Positions 41,130-51,511 of a stretch of 64,000 nt of DNA are shown here, piece after piece. The stretch comes from an uncultured Phycisphaerales bacterium (GTDB lineage: Bacteria > Planctomycetota > Phycisphaerae > Tepidisphaerales > Tepidisphaeraceae). The notes under the pieces were generated by a model that saw nothing but the letters and a program-made list of their open reading frames with translations, had not been told where the DNA came from and did not search any database. The position numbers and the translations under genes were made by a program. The stretch covers positions 736,001-800,000 of the forward strand of contig CAVWVQ010000003.1 in the NCBI GenBank assembly GCA_963758525.1. Reading direction: 5' to 3'. Every line of letters starts with the position of its first letter. Within the stretch, counting starts at the first letter, position 1.

Positions 41130-43742
41130 TCAAACAAGCCGTCGAACCACGTCCACGAGATTGCTCTGATCGAAACTTCCTTTCACGATATACGCGTTGG
41201 CCCCGACGTCGGCTCCCCGCTCGCGATCCGCGCGAGGCCAGGGCAGTCACCAGCACCACCGGAAGCTCCGCCAATCGCTTGTCGCGGCGGATCGCCGCCG
41301 TCAGATCGAATCCATTCATCCGCGGCATCTCGACGTCACTGACCACCACGTCAAACACTTCCGTGCGCAAGATCGCAAAGGCGTCGACCCCGTCCACCGC
41401 GGTCTTCACGCGATGTCCGGCGGACTCCAGGATGTTTTTGAGCAGCATCCGGGAGGTGATCGAATCCTCCACCACGAGCACCGACTTCCGCGACCTGGCC
41501 GAATCTTCGCCGGAGGGGCGGGCGGCCGCTGCCGGCCGCGCTTTCATCGCCGATTTCATCAAGTCCGCCACATTTAAAATCGGCACCGCGTGACCAGATC
41601 CAAGCACTGTCGCTCCCGCAATATTTCGCACGCGCGATAGCGGTTTGCCCAACTGCTTCACCAACACTTCCTGCTCATTCAACACCGCGTCGACCCGCAT
41701 GGCGATCCGCTTCTCCGCCGATCCGATCACCACCGCCGGCGCGAACCGGGTGGTTTCGTGGCCGGACGGACGGGACAAATCCAGCAGGTCTTCCAGCCGC
41801 ACCAGGGAAACCGTCCGGTCGTCGAGCACCATCATTTCCCGTCCCTCGACCGTCTTCACCTGATCGGGCCGCACGCTGGTGACGCGCTCCACGTGCGTGG
41901 TCGGAAGCACGAACAGTTGGTGAACGACTTCCACCAGAATCCCGCGAAACGTCGCCAGTGTCAGCGGCAACAGGAGCCGAAACGACGTGCCGGCTCCCGG
42001 GCGCGTCTCCAGCGTGACGCGTCCGCCGAGCTTCTCCACTTTCTCCTGCACGATCGCCAGGCCCAGGCCGCGCCCGGAGATTTCGGTGATCGTGTCGCGC
42101 GTCGAAACCTCCGGCTCGAAAATCAGATTCAGCGCTGCGGCGTCCGCCAGTTCATTGGCCTGCGCCTCCGTGAGGTTGCCGTGACGAACCGCTGCCGCGC
42201 GAACGCGGGCGACGCTGATGCCTTGGCCGTCGTCGGAAATCAATATTTCAACTTTGTTTCCGTCCGCCTGGGAGACGGCAAGGTCGATGGTCCCGCGCCA
42301 GGCTTTCCCGCCGCCGTCCGCTGCTGCGGCGTCTCGATGCCATGATCGATGCAGTTTCGCAGGAGGTGAATCAGCGGATCCTTGAGATCTTCAAGAATCC
42401 GCTTGTCAATTTCGCTGTCTTCCCCGCGAATCACCAGCTCGATCTCCTTTCCCATGTCCCTGGATAACTCGCGGACGAGCCTGGGAAACGCGGCAAACAG
42501 GGTGCTGAACGGGAGCATCAGCAGGCGCTTGGATTCTTCCAGCAGAAGGTCGACCCGGGCGGCGGTGTCACGCCGATCGCGGTCGGCGAGCTTCGCCACC
42601 GTTCGGAGCTGATCCTCCGCGGAGCGGACAAACGACTGATTCCAGTCGAAAAACTCCAGCAGCCTGGCCGCAAGCGACGCGGGCACTACGCAATCGCGGC
42701 TGTCGTTTTCCGCCACGCTCCGGCCGTCAGCGCCCGCCGCGGTCATTTGCCGCAGGCTCTGGATGTCGGCCGTCAGCGACGTCCATTGCTTTTCCCATCC
42801 CGCCCACATCACGGTGACATCGCGAAGGTCCGAAGCGCGCTGATCAGCGTTGAGCTTCAGCGCCAACAGTTCCTCGGCGTGCAGCAGGAGCGCATCGAGT
42901 TTGTCAGTTGAAATCCTCAGCGTCTGCGACAGCGAAGACCGCGGAACCGCCCCGCGGTCCCGCGGCGAAGGTGCCGCCTCAGGGGCAGGCGACGCTGCTG
43001 TCTCAGGGGCAGACGACGCTGCTGCCGCAGGGGCAACGGCCGGTGCCGCGGCCGCGGCCGGCGCCTGGCGTGCTGTGAATCCTGTTTCCTGCGAAACGCC
43101 TCTGGTCCCCTCTCCCGGTATCCCGGGAGAGGGATAGGGTGAGGGTGATTTTGGATTGGCAACGGTCGCTCGAACTTCCGAATCACCCTCACCCCTGCCC
43201 TCTCCCGGCGTACCGGGAGAGGGAGCAGTCGGCTCTTGCGACATTGCGCGGTCGCTCGCCCGAACCGGGTCGTCTTGCGGCTTCGTCTCAACCGGCGCCG
43301 CGGCACGCTCAGTGCGCCGCGGCGCAGGCCGTGCCACTTCCAGAGCGGCAAGCTCCTCCTGGACCTTGAACAGCTCGTCGCGCTCGACTTCCGACGCCGC
43401 GCCCCGCGAAGTCGGCAGCAGCCTTTCCACCACCTTGACGGCGCGATGCAGCGGATCCAGCAGCTCCGGAGCCGCCCCCGCGTCACGCCGCTTCCAGGCG
43501 GAGAAGACGCCTTCCAGGGCCTGACAGACCATTTCGATCTCCGCAAGGTTCACCGCGCGGGCGGCGCCTTTGAGACTATGAGCGTCGCGGAAAATGCTCG
43601 ACACGATCTCCTGTCGGCGCGGAGCCTCCGAAGTTTTCTCCAACGCCAGCAATCCCGCGGTAATGGCCTGCAGATGCTCTTCGGCCTCCACGCGGAATGC
43701 GGCCTGCAGTTTGCCGAGAAATTCGTCGTCAGACGACTTCAT
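41130..43742 (-). CDS. cheA: CheA-REC hybrid kinase (WspE-like; frameshifts near 42290 and 41225)
   Basis: Hpt FRDAHSLKGAARAV, HLLRNCIDHGIE, SDDGQG, SGRGLGLAIV, CheW-like domain, C-terminal REC ending VKGSFDQSNLVDVVRRLV. Confidence 0.92.
43107..43224. repeat. REP doublet embedded in frame in cheA
   Basis: cccctctcccggtatcccgggagagggatagggtgagggtgatt ... aatcaccctcacccctgccctctcccggcgtaccgggagaggg. Confidence 0.85.
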
Positions 43743-44274
43743 GAGGGATCACCGTTCACTTCTTCATGCACAACGATCGACTCGTCTTCCATGATCCTGG
43801 CCGCGTCGAGGACGATCAGTTGCTGGTCCGTGACGCCCAGCAAATATCTCGCGCCACGCCGGTGAGCGTTGAGGGCGCCGGCCGAATTTCGCTGCTGCAA
43901 AGCGACCGGACCCCGAGAATGGCGTCGGCAAGGACGCCGAGCTCGCCTTCGTGATGCTCGATCACAATCACCTTGTTCAAATCGGTCAGACCTTTGATCG
44001 GCAAGTCAAAAAACCGCCGCAGATCGATCACCGTGAGGATCTGCCCGCGCACATTGATGATTCCCAGCACGAATGAAGGCGTGCAGGGAAGCGGTGTCAG
44101 CTCCTTGATGGGGTACACCTCGCGCACCCGGATGCTTTCGATCGCATACTGTTCGTCCGCAAGGCGGAAAACGACGACTTCCAGCGAATTTGTCGTCTCA
44201 TCGGTCGAGCGAATCTCCCTCGCCAGATCGTGCGCGCGTGACTTGAGGATTTCCTTTTTGCTGGAGAGATTCAT
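43739..44274 (-). CDS. cheW: CheW (WspD-like; frameshift near 43855)
   Basis: FRLADEQYAI, TPLPCTPSFVLGIINVRGQILTVIDLRRFF; ATGA overlaps with both neighbours. Confidence 0.92.
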
Positions 44275-45681
44275 ACCGATAAGCCCCCGTCAACAATCGT
44301 ATGGATGATCTCGGCGAGCCGACCCACGGCCATCCCGTCCGAGTCGGGCACCGGCTCGTCCCGCGAGCGTCCGTGAAGCAGTTCGAGCGCGTTGGCAAAA
44401 TGCCTGCTCATCTGCGACAGCTCACCCTGGTGACGCGCAAGATGCGCCAGCGCGAAGTGGGCCATGACGAACGTCGGATCCAGATAGACGGCCCGGTTGA
44501 ATGAGGCCGCCGCTCCGCGAAAGTCGGCCATTTCCATCAGCATGCTTCCGCGCAGGTAGTGAAAGCTGGGATTCATTTTCTCCGCGTCAATGGCGCGCTG
44601 GCTCAATTCCAGCGCGGCCGCGAGCTTTCCCTGATTGGCATGCGCCTGCGCCATCAAGGCGAGAACGCCCGGAGGGGGATTGAGCCGGGCGGCAATGGGC
44701 TTCAGCCAATGCACCACCTCCGCATATCGCCCCTTCTCGAACAGCGCCGCGGCATGAGCCAGCGCGTCAGCGTCGACATCGACGGGCGCGAGATTCGGCG
44801 CGGGCTCATTGGAACGCTCCGGTTCTTCAAGGACGGCGGCGCCTTTTTGGAATACGACAATCCCCGGATAACTGGCCGTTGTGAGTTCTTTGGACTGGAC
44901 AAATGCGGTCTCCGCTGCGCCGACCAGCAGCCATCCATCTTCGCAAAGGCAGCGGCTGAATTTTTCCACGAGGCGTTCGATCTGCGCCGCAGCGAGGTAG
45001 ATCATGACATTGCGGCACATGATCAGATCCATCGCATTGGTGTTGTTCAGCAACGAAGGAAAGGCGTCCTGGGCCAGGTTGAGATAATCGAAGCTCACCA
45101 TTCTTCGAATTTCTTTGCGCACCTCGAGTTGTCCGTCGCCCGCCGGAGTGAAAAATCGATCCTTGATCTCCGGCGGCAAATTCCGAAATGACCAGTCGCC
45201 AAAAACTCCGGCAGCGGCCTTCTGCAGGAAGCGCGGGTTGATGTCCGTCGCCAGCAGCGTGATGTCCCAATCGTTCACATCGGGCAGGAGCCGGGCCAGC
45301 GTGATGGCCAGGGAATACGGCTCTTCGCCGGTGCAGCATCCGGCCGTCCAGATTCTCAGCCGCCGCTGCTCCGATCTGCGCGCAGAATCAGCGCCGGCAG
45401 AATTTCCTGGGCGAGAATCTCGAAGCTTCGCTGCTCCCGGAAAAAGTAGGTTTCGCCGACCGTGAGATGGCTGGCGAGAATCTCGATCTGCCGTTGGTCC
45501 AGCCGCGCGGAGCAGAGCCACACCGCGCAGCTCTCGGCATCATCAAAGCCGAATTCGCATGCAGCCGCCGCAACGCCGCGCATCAGATCCGCATGCCGTT
45601 CGGCGCGAAGTGAAGCCCCATGCTCGCTTCGATCACTTTGCTCAATTGCCCGGGAAGCAATTGGCGGATGGGGTCGGTCAT
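44271..45681 (-). CDS. cheR: CheR methyltransferase with TPR domain (WspC-like; frameshifts near 45600 and 45380)
   Basis: LTVGETYFFRE, IWTAGCCTGEEPYS, ATDIN, DLIMCRNVMIY, C-terminal TPRs. Confidence 0.92.
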
Positions 45682-46154
45682 GACGCCCCCGTGGCTCGAT
45701 GGTGTTCGTCGATTGCCCCGGTTAACGATAGTTCGTCATTGCCCGACAGGAGGGAATCGAGGTCGTACACCAGGATCATCTCATCCGATCGCCTGAAGAC
45801 CGTCTGCGAGTAATCCAGCGCCGAAGCGATCTGCTCGACGGGGATCAATTCGTCGGCGGCGCACGCGATCACCTCGCTCGAATCGACGATAAAAGCGACG
45901 GTCCGCCTGGAGGTGTGGGCGATGACTAGCTGATGATCGAGTTCGATCTCGCGGTCCACCAGACCGCAGCGACGGCGCAGATTCAGAACCGGCACGATTT
46001 CGCCATGAACGTTGACGATGCCAGCCACGATCGGCGGCGCCTCCGGCAGCGGCGTTACGTACACGACGCGAACCACGCGGTCGACGGCCGCTACCGGCAA
46101 CGCGAAGCGCTGTTCATCCAACGCGACAACCACGAAATGCGAAACAGCCGCCAT
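45678..46154 (-). CDS. cheW: CheW (WspB-like)
   Basis: TPLPEAPPIVAGIVNVHGEIVPVLNLRRRCG. Confidence 0.92.
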   Translation of the reverse strand: MAAVSHFVVVALDEQRFALPVAAVDRVVRVVYVTPLPEAPPIVAGIVNVHGEIVPVLNLRRRCGLVDREIELDHQLVIAHTSRRTVAFIVDSSEVIACAADELIPVEQIASALDYSQTVFRRSDEMILVYDLDSLLSGNDELSLTGAIDEHHRATGAS

Positions 46155-46251
46155 ACTCGACCCTCGGACGGCGACGCGAACGGGATTCTAAACCGAACGA
46201 AAATGCTCCAACTCCGCAATTAAGTTACCGACATCTGTCTCCCAAGGCGAA

Positions 46252-47079
46252 TCATTCAACAGTTGATACTACCACCCCCGTATGCACATCCATTCCCATC
46301 GCCTGAAAGATTTTATCGCGCGTCCGCAGATACTGCGGGGAATCGATGTCGCGCGGGCGCGGCAAGTCGACTGGCACCACGTCGCGGACAGTGGCCGGAC
46401 GATTGCTCATCACCAGCACGCGATCGGCCAGTTGCACCGCTTCTTCGATATCGTGCGTGACGAACAGGACGGTTTTCTTCTCGCCCTGCCAGATGCGGAT
46501 GAGATCGGCGCGCATCTTCAGGCGGGTGAGAAAGTCGAGCGCGCCGAACGGCTCATCCATATAAATGATGTCGGGATTGGCGGCGAGCGCGCGGGCGATC
46601 TCAACGCGCTGACGCATTCCGCCGGACAATTCGCGCGGGTAGGAGCGCTCGAAGCCGTCCAGGCCGACCATGTCAACATAATGCGCGACGATCCGGTTTC
46701 GCTCGGTCGCGCTGAGGCGCGACAGGCCAAAACCGATGTTTTGTTCGACGGTCAGCCAGGGGAAAACCCCATTTTCCTGGAAGACGAAGATGCGCCGATG
46801 GTCGGGGCCGGAAACGGGCTGTCCCTCGACGATCACGTCGCCGCGGGTTGGGGTCAGGAAGCCGGCGATGATGTTGAGCAGCGTTGATTTGCCGCAGCCG
46901 GACGGGCCGACGATGCAGACGAACTCGCCGGGGGAGACGTCGATGCTGACTGACTCCAGCACGTGAACCTGCTCGTCGCGTCGCTTGCCGGCAAAGCTCA
47001 TCCACAGATCGCGCACGACCACGATGGGGCCGGCAGGAATGACCTTTTGCGTCAAGATTGAGCTCCCCGGCTGCTTCAT
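46252..47079 (-). CDS. ABC transporter ATP-binding protein (NitT/TauT family)
   Basis: GPSGCGKST, LSGGMRQR, MDEPFGALD, VTHDIEEA. Confidence 0.95.
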   Translation of the reverse strand: MKQPGSSILTQKVIPAGPIVVVRDLWMSFAGKRRDEQVHVLESVSIDVSPGEFVCIVGPSGCGKSTLLNIIAGFLTPTRGDVIVEGQPVSGPDHRRIFVFQENGVFPWLTVEQNIGFGLSRLSATERNRIVAHYVDMVGLDGFERSYPRELSGGMRQRVEIARALAANPDIIYMDEPFGALDFLTRLKMRADLIRIWQGEKKTVLFVTHDIEEAVQLADRVLVMSNRPATVRDVVPVDLPRPRDIDSPQYLRTRDKIFQAMGMDVHTGVVVSTVE

Positions 47080-47912
47080 CGCGTTCCATACCCCCAGCGG
47101 ACCTCGTCAAACTTCTCCAGTTGGCGAACGAGCAGATCGAGCACCAGTCCGATGATGCCGATCATGACCATCCCCGCAACGACCAGGTCGTAGCGCCGGC
47201 CGGCGTTGCGCGCGTCGATGATGAGGTAGCCCAGGCCGGAGTTCACGGCGATCATCTCCGCGGCGACGACCACGAGCCACGCCACGCCAAGGGCGATGCG
47301 AATGCCGGTAAGAATCTGCGGCAGCGCCGCCGGGAGAATCACGCGGGCGAACAATTGCACGCGCGACAGCCCGAAGTTGCGTGCCGCCCGCACGTACACC
47401 TGCTGCATGTTTTGCACCGCGGCAATCGCCGCCACGATGATCGGGAACAGGCTGGCCAGGAAAATGAGGAAGATCGGTGCCAAGTCGGAAACGCCGAACC
47501 AGAGAATCGCGACGGGAATCCAGGCGATGGGTGAAATCGGGCGAAACACCTGAAGGATCGGATTGAACGCGTCGAAGGCTTTGCCGAACCATCCGAGGAG
47601 AAGTCCGATCGGCACGCCCACGAGCACGGCTGCGAGAAATCCGCAGGTGACACGGAAGAGCGACGCGACGATGTACTTCAACAGCACGCCATCGCGGGCG
47701 AGTTCGGCAATTCCCTTTGCGACCGCGACGGGCGTGGGAAAAATCTGCGTGCCGGACACGTGCACCGCGCCGTCCCAGCCGAGCAGAAACACGACCGCCA
47801 CTGCCGCAGGGAGGAGGATTTTCTGCAAGGCGATGCCATCGGCAGACCTGCGCGCTGGAGCGGGCCGGGATCGCGCTATTGCCCGCGACTTTGCCTGAAC
47901 CGTTGTCTCCAT
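47076..47912 (-). CDS. ABC transporter permease (NitT/TauT family)
   Basis: SLFRVTCGF, RPISPIAWIP, AARNFG, VVAAEMI...GLGYLI. Confidence 0.93.
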   Translation of the reverse strand: METTVQAKSRAIARSRPAPARRSADGIALQKILLPAAVAVVFLLGWDGAVHVSGTQIFPTPVAVAKGIAELARDGVLLKYIVASLFRVTCGFLAAVLVGVPIGLLLGWFGKAFDAFNPILQVFRPISPIAWIPVAILWFGVSDLAPIFLIFLASLFPIIVAAIAAVQNMQQVYVRAARNFGLSRVQLFARVILPAALPQILTGIRIALGVAWLVVVAAEMIAVNSGLGYLIIDARNAGRRYDLVVAGMVMIGIIGLVLDLLVRQLEKFDEVRWGYGTR

Positions 47913-47989
47913 GAGCTTCTTTCTCTTTTCCAATACGATCGTGTCGATTGTAGCGATGGCGTCGTTCCATCCGTAATTTCTTGGGCTTC

Positions 47990-48012
47990 GTAGGGCGGGA
48001 TTCATCCCGCCG
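47990..48012. repeat. Single GTAG REP
   Basis: gtagggcgggattcatcccgccg; same family as 58317-58407. Confidence 0.75.
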
Positions 48013-48274
48013 CAGTCCGAGGAGTTGCGATAGGGCGGCGGAACCGCACTGGTGATCAATGCCAATAGCTCCGGGACCGTCAAACAGCGGCTCGATCCCT
48101 GGCCGACGTTTCGTTTCTACCTCACGCCGTTCTGTGTTTCGAGCTTTGCGGCACTGGTGAAAGGGAAGGGCTTTGTCCTCGTCTTCTCGCCGCACGCTTC
48201 TGAAATGGTCGTTGCCCTGCTCCTGTGCGCCGTGCTCTGGAGTGCATCGCGGGTTGCGCGCGGCGGCCGCGGCG

Positions 48275-49321
48275 TTACTGCTTCCCATCCCAATTCCAAG
48301 CCGTGAGCTGCGCGTCATCCTTGCAGAACGACGGATCGCAGTAGTCCTCAAAATGCGCGGTGCCCTGCAGAATGCCCGCCTCGCAGCCGAGCCGCTCGAT
48401 CTCCTCGAAATCCTTTTGATGCAGCGCCAGGTTCGTGTACTTCACGCGATCAGGCGGCTTGCTCAGGACGAACCGGAGCAGTTTGGGATCCTGGTTGTAA
48501 TAGTTCTGCGCCACAAACTGCGACGCCTCCATGCGATGGTCCATCGATTGATCGATCCACTTGCCGCTTTTGGCGATGCCATCGACCAATTGCTGCACCA
48601 CGTCGCGATGCTGTTTGATCATGTCTTCGTTAACGGCCAGCACGCACGAAATGAAGTCCGGCCACACGTCTTTCGTCAGATAAAGCACGCGGCCGTAACC
48701 GTCCAACTCCGTCTCCCCCATGAATGGCTCCCCGGAGGTGATCGCGTCCACCGCCTTGACGGACAGCGCCGCTGGCATATCCGGCGGAGGCATTTCGACC
48801 AGGTGAACATCGTTGATCGTCATCCCATGCTCGCGCAACGCCTTAAACACCAGCAGCCGCTGGTTTGAATAACGATTCGGCACGGCGATCGTTTTCCCGC
48901 GCAGATCTTCGATGCGATAAATCTGCGAGTCCTTGTGCACCATCATCGCGGTGCCGTCGCGATGGCCCAGATAGACAATTTTGATCTTCACCCCCTGCTC
49001 GCGCAGCGCCATCGCCATCGGCGCCAGGATAAACGTCGCCGGCGTGTAACCGGAGAGATGCGCCTCCTTGAGTTCCGGCCAGCCGTTAAATCGCACCGGC
49101 GTGAAGAGGCCTTGGCCGGCCATTTGATGATTGATGTAATCGGTCACCGGGCAGGTGAGATGGCACGTCACGGGAAGGTAGCCAAGCTTGTATTTCTCTT
49201 CGGCAACCTGCGCCGCGGCGCGGGAGAACGGCCGGACATTCCAATTCAGCCACGCATGCGCGGCGGTGATCGCAAGCACCCAGAGGGTCAGGGAGAAGAT
49301 GATGGATTTTTGCAGGGACAA
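48275..49321 (-). CDS. ABC transporter substrate-binding protein (NrtA/SsuA/NMT1-like)
   Basis: N-terminal hydrophobic segment, LGYLPVTCHLTCPV, EDLRGKTIAVP, EMPPPDMPAAL, GEPF. Confidence 0.9.
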   Translation of the reverse strand: MSLQKSIIFSLTLWVLAITAAHAWLNWNVRPFSRAAAQVAEEKYKLGYLPVTCHLTCPVTDYINHQMAGQGLFTPVRFNGWPELKEAHLSGYTPATFILAPMAMALREQGVKIKIVYLGHRDGTAMMVHKDSQIYRIEDLRGKTIAVPNRYSNQRLLVFKALREHGMTINDVHLVEMPPPDMPAALSVKAVDAITSGEPFMGETELDGYGRVLYLTKDVWPDFISCVLAVNEDMIKQHRDVVQQLVDGIAKSGKWIDQSMDHRMEASQFVAQNYYNQDPKLLRFVLSKPPDRVKYTNLALHQKDFEEIERLGCEAGILQGTAHFEDYCDPSFCKDDAQLTAWNWDGKQ

Positions 49322-49429
49322 GGCGATCTCGTGCGGGGCAATATACGGTCGGAGGCCGCGGAGACAAGCGAGCCGCGACTTCGATAAACGTGCGGTAGCT
49401 GATTACGAATGACGTGGGCTGCGGAGTGG

Positions 49430-49525
49430 AATTTCAAATTTCAAATCTCAAATTTGGAATCCAGAACCGTTGCGAACATTTGGCTCAACCAGGATAAATT
49501 CTCAAATCTGAGATTTCAAATCTTC
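49430..49525. repeat. AT-rich heptamer repeats (TTTCAAA/TCTCAAA)
   Basis: aatttcaaatttcaaatctcaaattt ... ctcaaatctgagatttcaaatct. Confidence 0.7.
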
Positions 49526-49555
49526 CCTGCGTTTTCTTAAACGCGAGTCTCCATC

Positions 49556-49738
49556 TCAAAGGTAGTTCCGTACGACGAAAAAGTAGAACACCATGAAGAC
49601 GAAGACGAACACCATGCCCGTGACGAGCATGGCCGTCACTCCTCCAAACGTGACGGACGCCACCATGGCCGGCCCGATCAGCAGCAGGCCGATCAGCGCC
49701 GCGAATTTGACCCGCGTGGGAATTTTGTCGAACGTCAA
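49556..49738 (-). CDS. Small two-TM membrane protein (60 aa)
   Basis: TTG start with GGAGG RBS; two hydrophobic segments. Confidence 0.65.
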   Translation of the reverse strand: MTFDKIPTRVKFAALIGLLLIGPAMVASVTFGGVTAMLVTGMVFVFVFMVFYFFVVRNYL

Positions 49739-49759
49739 AGCAGCCTCCGGAGAAGTCTC

Positions 49760-50551
49760 TTATAACTGAGACGCCTCGGACGGGCGCAGGAACCGGGAGA
49801 CGATGTTGGAAACATTATCCTGGTACATCGGATCGCCCTTGAGTTTTCGCCAGGCAGGGTTACTGCTAAAGGCGTCCCAGTTTTTCTTCGACGCCGCCTG
49901 GTTCTCGTGAAATAACATGTAGGTGAGATGCGGCAGATTCGGCCCCGCGAAGGCTTCGCCGAAGAAGACCCCCGGCATTCCCGCTTCGGTGAAGAGGGGG
50001 ATTTCGCCGGAATTGAACATCTTCATCTTGTTGAGCGCGCGCTCCTCGTTGGGATTTTCGTATTGCCGCAGCTCAAACACGCGATCGGGATTCTTTGCCG
50101 GCGGCGTCAGCCTGGGATGCCCGGCAAATGCATAGAGCAACTGTGTTTCAAAGCGGGTGAACGCGGGGTCGTCCTTTCCAGCCAGCAGGATCTCCTTCCC
50201 GGCAGTCTGGAACTCTGCATCGGCAGCAAGACGCGGCTCTAGATCGATGACCGACTGCACAGACTCGTGCGGCAGGAAGAGCCACGCATCCTTCGCTTCC
50301 GACGCCTTCTGATCCGCCAGCGTGAAGATGCCAACCGGCTGAATGCCGAGCCGATTGAGCGCGGGCAGCATGGCGTCGCCGAGGAATTTCTCGAACGCGT
50401 CGCGTTTCTCGACGGTTTTGAAGTGGTACGTCCGCAATTCGTAGATCTGTGGCTTTTCCGCATCGCCCGCCGTCTGCTCTCCGCGCGACGCCGTCGACAG
50501 CAAACCCAAACCCGCCGTCGCCGAGAGTTGAAGAAACGCACGTCGTCGCAT
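49760..50551 (-). CDS. NIPSNAP family protein with Tat signal
   Basis: MRRRAFLQ Tat motif; YELRTY and FELRQYE repeats; PHLTYML. Confidence 0.88.
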   Translation of the reverse strand: MRRRAFLQLSATAGLGLLSTASRGEQTAGDAEKPQIYELRTYHFKTVEKRDAFEKFLGDAMLPALNRLGIQPVGIFTLADQKASEAKDAWLFLPHESVQSVIDLEPRLAADAEFQTAGKEILLAGKDDPAFTRFETQLLYAFAGHPRLTPPAKNPDRVFELRQYENPNEERALNKMKMFNSGEIPLFTEAGMPGVFFGEAFAGPNLPHLTYMLFHENQAASKKNWDAFSSNPAWRKLKGDPMYQDNVSNIVSRFLRPSEASQL

Positions 50552-50706
50552 GAAGACTCCCTGTGAATGGATGAGAAGCAAGCGTTCCGCCGTACTGATG
50601 ATAATGCGCCGGTCCCCGGAATGTTGAATGGGTAATCGGAAGCCGTGCAGTATTTGCAGCCGCGGATATACTGCGGGTCAAGCCGCAACCAGCAACGAGG
50701 TATTGC

Positions 50707-51297
50707 ATGCCATCGACCCCAGCCAAGCGTCCGATTCTGATCGTCGATGACGAGCCGGACATGCTCCATTCGCTGAAGAATCTGCTCCGGCATGACTACC
50801 AGGTCTTCAGCGCGTCCAGCGGCGCGGAGGGAATCCGGATATTGGAGCGGGAGATCATTCATCTGGTGATGACCGATCAGCGCATGCCGGAAATGACCGG
50901 GGTCGAGCTGCTCAAGCACGTCAAAAGCGAGCACCCGGCCGCCATCCGCCTGATCTTCACCGGCTACGCCGACGTGAAAGCCGTCATTGCCGCGATCAAT
51001 CAGGGGAATGTCTTTCGCTTTCTCAGCAAGCCATGGGAGCCCGAAGAGCTGATGTCGGTGCTGCAGGAAGCCGGCGAGCACCATGACCACATCGTTCAGC
51101 GCGACACGCTGCTGAATGACATTGCCCGTTACGAGCAGGACTCCAACCAATTTCGCGATGACGTGCTTGCGGGGAAGTTTGGCTCCCTTACCAGGGAAGG
51201 CGCCGAAAAAACCGAGCAATTGCTGGCGACCAGCCGCCAACTGCTCGGCCGCCTGGAGCAATCCCTCGCCGCCGCGATGCGCAGGCCGATGCGCTGA
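50707..51297 (+). CDS. Response regulator (REC plus helical tail)
   Basis: ILIVDDE, MTDQRMPEMTG, FTGYAD, FLSKPW. Confidence 0.92.
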   Translation: MPSTPAKRPILIVDDEPDMLHSLKNLLRHDYQVFSASSGAEGIRILEREIIHLVMTDQRMPEMTGVELLKHVKSEHPAAIRLIFTGYADVKAVIAAINQGNVFRFLSKPWEPEELMSVLQEAGEHHDHIVQRDTLLNDIARYEQDSNQFRDDVLAGKFGSLTREGAEKTEQLLATSRQLLGRLEQSLAAAMRRPMR

Positions 51298-51388
51298 GCT
51301 TCGCGCCCGATACCTTTTCAGTGCAGAACTGCTTTCAGAACCGAAACCGCAGAGCTGCCCCCGAGTTTCCAACGATACGCAGTCACCC

Positions 51389-51495
51389 GGTTAGCCGCGA
51401 CGCGAAGCGGAGCGCGTATTTGTGGTGATTGCGCGAGGGCAACATTGCGCCGTCTCTCGTTCGAATACGCGCTCCGCTGCGCGTCGCGGCTAACC
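51389..51495. repeat. 107-bp REPIN-like element, copy 2
   Basis: Same ends and length as 18759-18865; lies between convergent genes. Confidence 0.85.
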
Positions 51496-51511
51496 TTGGG
51501 CGGCCGTCGCA

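Noticed and set aside
47913..48306. Extra gene between the ABC permease and binding protein (47107..48351 minus or 48052..48306 plus)
   Set aside because: No recognisable motifs; both overlap real genes and the gap contains a REP.
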